The translations under genes and the position numbers were made by a program. The notes below the pieces were generated by a model that worked only from the letters and a program-made list of their open reading frames with translations, did not search any database and was not told the DNA's origin. Positions 44,019-52,361 of a DNA stretch of 64,000 bases are shown here, in pieces. Position 1 is the stretch's first letter; every line of letters starts with the position of its first letter. Source of the stretch: an uncultured delta proteobacterium (GTDB lineage Bacteria > Desulfobacterota > Binatia > UBA9968); NCBI GenBank assembly GCA_963847445.1, contig CAWJZV010000046.1:408749-472748 (forward strand). The letters are read 5' to 3'.

Positions 44019-45554
44019 ATGAGCACTAAATGCGTCATCAATGTGGATCTGGCCGACGTGTGGGGTGAGGCTGGTCGTAAAAAATTCCTGCGCACACTCG
44101 GGTGGGGCGATGAAGTCCTCGTGACCGGGCAGAGCTCCACCAGCATTGAAATCGAGACGGTTTATTTCAACGAGCAGCCCGATGGCAGCATCCTGTCCGT
44201 GAAGGAGGCGGGCGTCATCGAGCCGAGAAAATCATCCGGCATCAAAACCGCCGATGTGGTGCGCCCGCGCAATCAGAACGACGTCCTCAAGGTCAATTGC
44301 GTGGACGTCCAGCAAGGCGATGGCTCCGTGATCGAGTCACCCGACGGCAAGGTCATTCTCGTGGATGGCGGCGACAACCAGTTGTTTGCCCGTTACCTCG
44401 CGGGGCGGTACCGCGGAACGACGCCTGAGAATCCGAAGGAAATTGATTGCATCCTCGTGACCCACGGTGACGCCGACCACTTCGCCGGCCTGCCTGAAAT
44501 CTTTAAGTCCGAGACCAACAGCAACAAACGAAAGCGCCTCTTCATCCAGCCGAAACGGTATTACCACAACGGCATCGTCAAGCGCCCGAGCAAGAAGAAC
44601 GGCAAGAGCGTGCCGGACGTTGAACTTCTCGGAGCGACGCGCAAGGTTGGGAACCAGACGTTTCTCACCGGCCTGGAATCCGATTTGTTGAAGGTGCCGG
44701 ACGCGGAGATGAATGCTCCGTTCAAGGAATGGAAGGGCGCGCTCCAGGAATACAACAAGCGCTCCAAAATTGAATTCCGCCGGCTTGAGTTCGGCGACAA
44801 TCAGGCCTTCTCATTCTTCAACCAGGGTGACCTCCGCATTGAAGTGCTGGGCCCGTTGGTGACCCAGGTTGGCGGCAAGTCTGCACTCCGCTTTCTCGGC
44901 GACCCTCCGAAGGGACCGCGCGTCGGCCACGAATCCTTGAATCTGGGCGAGGAAGGATTCAAGGGACACTCCGCGTCGCACACCATCAACGGCCACTCCA
45001 TCGTCTTCCGCCTTGTTTACGGCGGCTTCAGCTACCTCTTCACGGGTGACCTGAATGACGAGGCCAGCCGGTTCCTCACCCGTGAGCACAACGCGGGACG
45101 CCTCAACCTCATGGCCGAAGTCTTCAAGGTGCCGCATCATGGGTCCGCGGATTTCTCCGGCGCATTGTTCCAGGCCGTCTCACCCGTCGTCAGCATCGTT
45201 TCCAGCGGCGACGAAAGCGCGCGGAAGGAATACATTCATCCAAGGGCGACCCTCGTGGGCGCTTTGGGCAAATGGTCGCGAGTTCCCGAGCCGCTCATCT
45301 TCGTCACCGAACTGGTGGCATTCTTCAATGTTGAAGGCTGGTCGAAGCTAGCGGACCCAAAGACGAAGGCGCAAAAGGAGCGCGGCGAATTCTTTGGTTT
45401 CAGCCGCACCGCCTTCGGCATCGTCAAGACACGGACCAACGGCAAACGCCTGTTGGTCTATACCGACAGCGGCAATGTGCAGATGAAAGAGGCGTATGCC
45501 TACGCCCTCGACTCCTCCGGCGTTCCGCAGCCTGCCGTTGTTCTGCGCGCATGA
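44019..45554 (+). CDS. soluble ComEC/Rec2-type MBL-fold hydrolase with extra N-terminal (~95 aa) and inserted segments
   Basis: VDVQQGDGSVIESPDGKVILVDGG, ILVTHGDADHFAGL, FTGDLNDEA and KVPHHGSADF follow the ComEC-type metallo-beta-lactamase motif order. No TM competence domain is present. Confidence 0.75.
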   Translation: MSTKCVINVDLADVWGEAGRKKFLRTLGWGDEVLVTGQSSTSIEIETVYFNEQPDGSILSVKEAGVIEPRKSSGIKTADVVRPRNQNDVLKVNCVDVQQGDGSVIESPDGKVILVDGGDNQLFARYLAGRYRGTTPENPKEIDCILVTHGDADHFAGLPEIFKSETNSNKRKRLFIQPKRYYHNGIVKRPSKKNGKSVPDVELLGATRKVGNQTFLTGLESDLLKVPDAEMNAPFKEWKGALQEYNKRSKIEFRRLEFGDNQAFSFFNQGDLRIEVLGPLVTQVGGKSALRFLGDPPKGPRVGHESLNLGEEGFKGHSASHTINGHSIVFRLVYGGFSYLFTGDLNDEASRFLTREHNAGRLNLMAEVFKVPHHGSADFSGALFQAVSPVVSIVSSGDESARKEYIHPRATLVGALGKWSRVPEPLIFVTELVAFFNVEGWSKLADPKTKAQKERGEFFGFSRTAFGIVKTRTNGKRLLVYTDSGNVQMKEAYAYALDSSGVPQPAVVLRA

Positions 45555-45639
45555 CAAAAACTGGCAACAGCGTCCTTCGGCAGCTTGGGCAGTTCGCTCG
45601 CTGCCCACCGACGAAGATTGATAGGAGTCAGATAATTAT

Positions 45640-45970
45640 TTCACGACAATCTGCAAAGAAAGTCTGGAAACAAAAGTTTTACCGATTTCCTTTTTCTACA
45701 GAAGTCGCGCAGCGCTGCGCGTGCAAGGCGCAGGCAGCCGATTTATTCCAAACTGCCTGAAGGTTGGATCCTGGTGCCAACGTAACCGACGGTGCTGCTC
45801 GGCCTCGCGTTGGAGTGAGCGTGCCGCCAGGGCACAAATCAAGCGCATCCGAGCGCTGCAGCACCCCGCTTCACCATCGCCAAATGGCTTCCGGAAATGG
45901 TCTGCGAATATTACCACTTTCCGGCCGCCACGAAAGAACCGGCCGTACATGGACACATTTAAATTATTGG
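45640..45970 (+). repeat. island II repeat, copy D (long 5' module copy 2, middle, core, divergent 3' end)
   Basis: 45640-45709 matches 40436-40505. CCGACGGTGCTGCTCGG and CCAGGGCACAAATCAAGCGCATCCGAGCGCTGCAGCACC match the B/C middle and core. It ends near CATTTAAATT. Confidence 0.75.
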
Positions 45971-46089
45971 GGTTGGAAGAGTTCAGCGAATGGGCGCAGT
46001 TGGATTGAGTTGATTTCTCGAGCGAGCGGGACGTCGATCTACTAGATCCATGATGTGCCAGGTCAATAAAATCGTTGCTCTCCCTCGGG

Positions 46090-46509
46090 TTAGGGCTTGA
46101 ATGGGATAATATGCAGGTTGGCGATCGGGCGATAGTGTTTAAGATTGGCGGTCGCCAGTGATCCGTTTGTGTCCAGCGTCGAAGCGGCAATCAGCGCATC
46201 GACGACACGCAGTCCATTCGGCAATGCGTGTCGATCGAGCAGGTCGCTGGCTTTTCGACAGTTTGTTTCATTCAAGAATATAACTTGAGCGAAATTTTCC
46301 GAGACGAACAGTTTGACTTCGCGTATTTCCGCATTGTTTCGGCAGCCTTGGGTCAACTCCATGATGCTCAGTACGGAGATCGCACGTCTGGAATAGGCGA
46401 TGGCATCGATCGCCCGAAGCGCTTTTTCACTGCCTCGCAAATACCAGATTAAGATGTCGGTATCGAATACTACCGGGTAACGCGAGGTTGCCGAAGTTTG
46501 CTCAGCCAT
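46090..46509 (-). CDS. vapC: PIN domain toxin (VapC family)
   Basis: VVFDTDILIWYL, SVLSIMELTQG and VDALIAASTL are PIN segments. It lies downstream of a Phd-type gene. Confidence 0.8.
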   Translation of the reverse strand: MAEQTSATSRYPVVFDTDILIWYLRGSEKALRAIDAIAYSRRAISVLSIMELTQGCRNNAEIREVKLFVSENFAQVIFLNETNCRKASDLLDRHALPNGLRVVDALIAASTLDTNGSLATANLKHYRPIANLHIIPFKP

Positions 46510-46742
46510 TGTTCCACGTTGCGATTGTCTTTTCGGTCTTTCCAGATGCCAAAGCCGGCCGCTTTCAGCGCTTTGGGTCGCTTTGCGTCGATGGGCGCTA
46601 GCACCGCGATGGGTTTGTTGCGATAAGTGATCGTCACCGGTTGGCCCTTGCGGACTTCGTCGAGAATGAGCGCGGTTTTATTTCGCAAATCTTTAGCTGT
46701 CGCCGTTCTCACGGTTGCCTCCGAATAAAGTATGCACTTCAA
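46470..46742 (-). CDS. Phd/YefM-type antitoxin
   Basis: TATAKDLRNKTALILDEVRKGQPVTITYRNKPIAVLAPI is the Phd/YefM pattern. Confidence 0.75.
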   Translation of the reverse strand: MKCILYSEATVRTATAKDLRNKTALILDEVRKGQPVTITYRNKPIAVLAPIDAKRPKALKAAGFGIWKDRKDNRNVEQWLSKLRQPRVTR

Positions 46743-47047
46743 AGTATATACTTAGGGCAGCGCCGCTACAAGGAATGGGGAGAAAATCTGCCGGATCGCC
46801 TCATCCCCGGCAGCAAGTGGCCGAGGGTCCTCTTTTGCGGTTCGAAAGGACGTTATGTTGCCTGTGATAGGGAATGATATATGGATTAGCCGTGGCAAAG
46901 GATGACTCACTTGCTCGACTCTGCCCAAGGGTCTCATTATTCGGGAAAGTGATACCAAGAGTCTGTTAATAAGTGATTTGGCAACTCGGACGGGACATAG
47001 TAAAGATCGATCACTTGTTTATCTAATAAACTTCAGAGGAGATTTTC

Positions 47048-48077
47048 GTGAAAAGAATTTTGCTACTTTTACTGTTTAGCTTGATTGCGATTTCGCCCGT
47101 CTCAGCCCAGACGCCCTTCTACCAGGGCAAGACCGTGCAGATCCGTGTCGGCTTCGCCGCGGGCGGCGCGTTCGATGTTTGGGCGCGGGTGATCGCTAGT
47201 CATCTCGGCCGCTTCGTACCGGGGAATCCGACGTTTGTCGTGCAGAATATGACCGGCGGCGGGTCGATGGTTGCGGCGAATTATATTTATAGCGTGGCCA
47301 AGCCGGATGGCTTGACGCTCGGTGTGGTCAGCCCGGCGATGTATATCGAGCAGGTGACCGGCAAGAAGGAAGTGCAGTACGACTGGTTCAAGTTTAGTTT
47401 TATCGGCTCGCCGGAGAAGACCGATCGGATTTTCTACATGCGCGCCGATTTGGGAATCAAAACCCTAGAGGACATGCGCACGGTGGCGGAAACGCCGCGG
47501 TGCGGGTCCACCGGCATCGGCAGTGCGGCCTATTATTTCCCGCGTTTGTTGCAAGATACGTTTGGGCTCAAGCTCACCATCGTGCCGGGTTATCCTGGAG
47601 CTGCCGATGTCAATCTTGCCATCGAAAAGGGCGAGGTGCACTGCTTTAGCGGCACGTTGCAAGCGTACTTTGGCAGCGAGCCGTTGCGCACTTGGTCAAA
47701 GACCGGATTCGCCCGTGTGCTGGTGCAGGGCGGGACCAAGCGCGATCCGCGCATGGCGAGCGTGCCGACATTGTGGGAGTTGATGGACAAGCATAAGTCC
47801 AACGAGATTTACCGCCGTTTGGCGAGAGATACTGCTCATTCCCGACGATATGGGCCGGCCGCTGTTCGGCCCGCCGGGCATGCCGGCTGATCGTTTGAAG
47901 GCGTTGCGTGACGGTTTCAATAAGATGATAGCCGACCCGGAGCTGCTCGCCGAGGCGAAGAAAAAGGGTCTCGATGCTACGCCGCTGAGCGGCGAGGAAC
48001 TCGACGCGCTGATTAAAGAAGCCGGCGTGCCGTCGGCGGATACCATTCAACGGCTGAAGCCGCTGATGGAAAACTAG
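47048..48077 (+). CDS. Bug/TctC family tripartite tricarboxylate transporter substrate-binding protein (one apparent frameshift near 47825)
   Basis: It has a signal peptide, then FYQGKTVQIRVGFAAGGAFDVWAR and NMTGGGSMVAANY, typical Bug-family motifs. It is a paralog of 60082..61197. Confidence 0.8.
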
Positions 48078-48218
48078 CTCACCGGCGTATGGACAGGAGT
48101 TCGCAGAAATAATTAAGCGTGCACTGGAAACCGCAGCGAGATAGGCCCGGTCACGGTGCGCCGGCCATCCATGCGGCGTGAAAATATTGCGATCGCGCAA
48201 ACGCTCCGACGAAAACAC

Positions 48219-48259
48219 AAAGGCCAAGAAACACCGGCTCCTCGGCGTGCTTGGCCTTT
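48219..48259 (-). terminator. hairpin AAAGGCCAAG ... CTTGGCCTTT downstream of the SWIB gene
   Basis: A 10-bp stem, followed on the minus strand by GTGTTTTCG. It lies between the convergent tctC and SWIB genes. Confidence 0.5.
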
Positions 48260-48281
48260 GTCACTCGCGAGCGAGTAAAAG

Positions 48282-48591
48282 TTATTTAACGTGCTTGCTG
48301 ACCAGCTTGGTCATCTCGAACATGGTGACGGTCTTCTTGCCGCCGAACACGTCCTTCAACGCGTCGTCGGCGTTGATGTTGGTGCGTTTCTTTTGATCCT
48401 GCAGGCCGTTCTTCTTGATGTACTGCCCACAGCTTCTTGGTCACTTCGGTGCGTGGGATCGGCTTGCTGCCGACGACCAGGGCGAGTTTGGCGTCAGGCT
48501 GAACCGGCTTCATGAACGCCGCGTTGGGTTTTCTCTTCTTTTTCGCGGCGGCTTTCTTTTTCGCGGGCGCTTTCTTTTTCGCTGCTGCCAT
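48282..48591 (-). CDS. SWIB/MDM2 domain protein with a Lys/Ala-rich N-terminal tail (one apparent frameshift near 48425)
   Basis: After the tail AAAKKKAPAKKKAAAKKKRK comes PNAAFMKPVQPDAKLALVVGSKPIPRTEVTKKLW. The shifted frame continues YIKKNGLQDQKKRTNINADDALKDVFGGKKTVTMFEMTKLVSKHVK, the SWIB core pattern. Confidence 0.7.
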
Positions 48592-48631
48592 ATTGTTTTC
48601 CTCCTTCAGGAAATAAATTTATTTCGTCAAC

Positions 48632-50404
48632 TTATAGCAGAGGTACTCCGATCTTTGCGAGCGAATTATCCGAATTTTCCTCGTAAATGGCGTAGTTTCT
48701 CCCTCGTGGAGAGCTCGGCTCGCCGTCGACGATATGGGCGGCGACGCCGTAGTCGGACTGGGCGCGGGCAACGGAGACATAGCCCTGGCGCAGGTCTTCG
48801 AGGACTTTTTCGACGGGGCGTTCGAGCGGATTTCCCAGGCCGCCGCCGCCGGGGCGTTCGACGCGGATGGTATCGTTTCGCCTTAACCGATGGTCGCCGA
48901 AGCGGGACGGCAGCGCCTTTTCATCTTTGGTCGATGGATTGATCCGGCAGGCACCTTTAGCGCCGGGTAGGCCGGCGGAGCTGCCGAAGGGCTCGACGGC
49001 ATGCTTGTCGGTGCGCATCGAGAAGCGCACTTCGTCGGCGAGTATTCGATATTCGCGGACAAAGCCCAAACCGCCGCGCCACTCGCCGGCGCCGCCGGAG
49101 TCGGCGAGCATCTCGAAGCGCTCGACCCGGGTGGGGAACTCGGACTCGATGATCTCGATGGGCGCGGTCTTGCAGTTGCTCAGGTGAAACGCCGTCGCCG
49201 AGACACCGTCCTTGCCGGCGCGGGCGCCGGTGCCGCCGCTGAAAATCTCATAGTGGACATAGGCGCGCTGGCTGTGCGCGTCGCGGCCGCCCAAGACCAG
49301 CGCCGCGCTGCCGGAGCCGCCGGCGATGCGTTTGTCGGGGACGAAGTGCGCCAGGGCGCGCAGGATCGCTTCGGTGGCGCTGAGCGCCGTCGGCATATAG
49401 GTATTCACCGCGGCGGGAAAGCGCGGATCGACGACGCTGCCTGCGCGAAAGGTGGCGTCGACGCAGCGGGCTAGTCCATGATTGATCGGCAGGAAGCGGT
49501 CCACCAGGGCGACTAGACAATAGGCGCAGGCGGCGCGCACCAGCGGCGGGCGGATGTTTGCCGGTCCTTGGGTCTGATCGCTCGATTCGCTGAAGTCGAA
49601 GTGCAGCCGGTCGCCGGTCTTTTTTACTTTGACATGAATGCGAATCGGTTTAGTCAGATCGATGCCGTCGTGATCGACGAAGCTCTCGCCCGCGGATTCG
49701 CCGTCCGGCCACGCGGCGATAGCCCGGCGCACCCGGTTCTCCGTGTGGGCGGAAAGCAGCTCGGTGGATTCCAAAATGATCGCTTTGCCGTAGCGCTCCA
49801 TGAGCTCGCTGACGCGCCGCTCGCCCAACCGCGCCGCGCCGACCTGGCCGCGCAGGTCGCCCAACACCAGCGCCGGTGTGCGGCTGTTGGCCGCGATCAC
49901 GGCGTCGATCTCCTTGACCGGCTGAAGCCGCGCCATGAACTTGACCGGCGGCAGGTGCAACCCTTCCTGGTAAATCTCCCGCGCCGTGCCGCTGCCGCTG
50001 CCGGGCACGGTGCCGCCGATGTCGCTCTTGTGCGCCATGTTGGCGGCGAAGCCGACCCATTCGCCGCGAAAATAGATCGGCGTGAACACGCCCATGTCGG
50101 GGGCGTGGGGGCTGCCGCCCAAGTACGGATGGTTGGTGATGAAGGCGTCGCCGTCGTGAATGTCGTCGGTGGAGAATGTTTTCAGAATCGCCGCGGCGCA
50201 GGCGGGAAAGGCGCCCATGTGGAGCGGCAAGACAACATGCTGGGCGATCACCTCGCCGCGGGTGTTCAACACCGCGCAGCTGGCGTCCTGGGATTCCCGG
50301 ATGATCGTCGAATAGCCGGTGCGAAATAAAGAGTTCTGCATCTCCTGGACGATGCCGGCCAGGCGCGCTTGGATGACTTGCAGGGTGATGGGATCGACGG
50401 TCAT
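48632..50404 (-). CDS. hydantoinase B/oxoprolinase family protein, copy 2
   Basis: DPITLQVIQARLAGIVQEMQNSLFRTGYSTIIRESQDASCA and ITNHPYLGGSPHAPD are HyuB signatures. The start is chosen at ATG 50404. Confidence 0.85.
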   Translation of the reverse strand: MTVDPITLQVIQARLAGIVQEMQNSLFRTGYSTIIRESQDASCAVLNTRGEVIAQHVVLPLHMGAFPACAAAILKTFSTDDIHDGDAFITNHPYLGGSPHAPDMGVFTPIYFRGEWVGFAANMAHKSDIGGTVPGSGSGTAREIYQEGLHLPPVKFMARLQPVKEIDAVIAANSRTPALVLGDLRGQVGAARLGERRVSELMERYGKAIILESTELLSAHTENRVRRAIAAWPDGESAGESFVDHDGIDLTKPIRIHVKVKKTGDRLHFDFSESSDQTQGPANIRPPLVRAACAYCLVALVDRFLPINHGLARCVDATFRAGSVVDPRFPAAVNTYMPTALSATEAILRALAHFVPDKRIAGGSGSAALVLGGRDAHSQRAYVHYEIFSGGTGARAGKDGVSATAFHLSNCKTAPIEIIESEFPTRVERFEMLADSGGAGEWRGGLGFVREYRILADEVRFSMRTDKHAVEPFGSSAGLPGAKGACRINPSTKDEKALPSRFGDHRLRRNDTIRVERPGGGGLGNPLERPVEKVLEDLRQGYVSVARAQSDYGVAAHIVDGEPSSPRGRNYAIYEENSDNSLAKIGVPLL

Positions 50405-50411
50405 AGGAAAA

Positions 50412-50503
50412 GTTTCGAGTTTCGGGTCACTAGTTTCGTGTGGGATAGCCGAACTCGATCGATAGTCTTTTAACGCGAAACCCGACACGCGAAACCCGAA
50501 ACG
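50412..50503. repeat. intergenic palindrome built from GTTTCG / CGAAAC units
   Basis: GTTTCGAGTTTCGGGTCACTAGTTTCGTGTGGG ... CGCGAAACCCGACACGCGAAACCCGAAACG, read directly between the two hyuB copies. Confidence 0.7.
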
Positions 50504-52249
50504 TCTAGTTCTCTGGCCTGCGCGCGCAGCTGCGCTGTCGCGGTTTGGTTAATGATGAAATCGCTGTCGGCACTGTCGATGGCGACGCGATAGACTTCGC
50601 GCGCACGCTGCCTGCGTCACGTAGCCGTTGCGCACGTCGTTCAAGACGCGCTCGGGATCGCGTTCCAAGGGGTTGCCCAAACCGCCGCCGCCGGGGGTGT
50701 CGAGGCAAAAAACTTCGCCGGGGTGGAGCACATGGTCGGAGAAGCGCGACGGGATCACGCGTTCATTGATTGCGCCGGGATTCAACACGCAGTGGCCGGT
50801 CTTGCCGTCGGCGCCGCCGTCGATGCCCTTGGGCGCGATGTCGTGTTTAGTCGAGCGCAGGGAAAAGCGCGCGTCGTTGTCGAGCACTTCATACTCGCGG
50901 ACAAATCCCAAACCGCCGCGGAACTTGCCGGCACCGCCGGAGTCGGCGATGAGCTCGAAACGTTTCAACCGGGTGGCGAATTCCGACTCGATGATTTCAA
51001 TCGGCGCGATTTTCGCATTCGATTGATTGACGTTGGTGCCCGACACGCCGTCCTTGCCGCTGCGCCCGCCGGAGCCGCCGCCGAAGATTTCATATTGCAC
51101 ATAACCCTTGCCGGTCTTGTTGCTGCGGCCGCCGATGATAATCGAGCGGCTGCTGCAGCCGTCGCCGACTTTTTTATGCGGCGTGATCCGGCTCGACGCT
51201 TCAAGGAGCGACTCGACCAGGGCGTGGACCGTGGGATTGTAGGTATTCACCGGCGCGGGGAAGATTGGATTGACCACGCTGCCGTCGCGCACTTTGATTT
51301 CGATGCAACGGGCTAGACCGTAATTGATCGGCAGCGCTGGATCGACCAGACAGGTGAGCAGATAGGCGCAGGCGGCGCGCACGATGGTCGGGCGAATGTT
51401 GGCCGGTCCTTTGGTCTGGTCGGCGCAGCCGGTGAAATCGAACAGCAGCCGGTCGCCTTTCTTCTCCATGCGCACATGCAAACGCACCGGTTTGTCGAGG
51501 TCGATGCCGTCGCTGTCGACGAAGCGCTCGCCTGTGCCCTCGCCATCGGGCCAGGAGGCGATCTCGGCGCGGACTTTCGCTTCGGTCAAGGCGAATAGTT
51601 CTTCGAAGGATTGTAAAATCGTCTCCTTGCCGTAACGTTCCATCAGTTCTTGAAAGCGCCGCTCGCCCAAGCGCGCCGCGCCGACCTGGCCGCGCAGGTC
51701 GCCGATGACTAATTCCGGCGTGCGGCTATTGGCGCCAAGCATGGCTTCGATGTCCTTGCTGATTTGCAATTTATGCACGAACTTGATCGGCGGGACATGC
51801 AGCCCTTCCTGGTAAATCTCCCGCGCCTGGCTCCAGCAGCTGCCCGGCACCGGCCCGCCGATGTCGCTCTTGTGCGCCAGATTCGCCGCGAAGCCGACCC
51901 ACTCGCCGTGAAAAAATATCGGTGACAACACCGCCATGTCGGGAGCATGGGGACTGCCGCCGAGATAGGGATGGTTGGTGATGAAGGCGTCGCCTTCGTG
52001 CACTTCGTCGGGCGTATAATTTTTCAAGATACCCGCGGCGCAGGCGGGAAAGGCGCCCATGTGGAGCGGCAGGACGACATGTTGAGCGACCACTTCGCCT
52101 TGGCGATTGAGCAGCGCGCAGCTGGCGTCTTGCGACTCGCGAATGATCGTCGAGTAGCCGGTGCGAAACAAGGAGTTCTGCATCTCCTGGACGATGCCGG
52201 CGAGACGCGCTTGGATGACTTGCAGAGTTACCGGATCTACGTTGGACAT
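50470..52249 (-). CDS. hydantoinase B/oxoprolinase family protein, copy 1 (apparent frameshift near 50610; 3' end approximate)
   Basis: It has the same motifs as copy 2 and is collinear. The C-terminus is restored as GYVTQ..AREVYRVAIDSADSDF in a shifted frame. Confidence 0.8.
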
Positions 52250-52263
52250 AATTCCTCATAACG

Positions 52264-52350
52264 TTTTGAACTGCTTGAACGACTTGAACGATTTGAACGA
52301 CGCGCCGCACTGAGGTTCCAGCCGGTCAAAACGTTCAAAACGTTCAAGTC
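52264..52350. repeat. intergenic palindrome built from TTGAAC x4 and GTTCAA x2-3 units
   Basis: TTTTGAACTGCTTGAACGACTTGAACGATTTGAACG ... CAAAACGTTCAAAACGTTCAAG, read directly between hyuA and hyuB. Confidence 0.75.
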
Positions 52351-52361
52351 GCCGGAGTCGA

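Noticed and set aside
39195-47047. An integron integrase, tyrosine or serine recombinase, or transposase associated with island II
   Set aside because: I read all six frames of the island and its flanks and found none. The cassette-array idea therefore remains a hypothesis (CALIN-like at best).
52264-52350. Short periodic repeat arrays (here and at 30884, 50412, 58539, 61211, 62712) as CRISPR arrays
   Set aside because: The period is only 7-9 nt with no spacers. There are at most 3-4 units, arranged as palindromes, and there are no cas genes.
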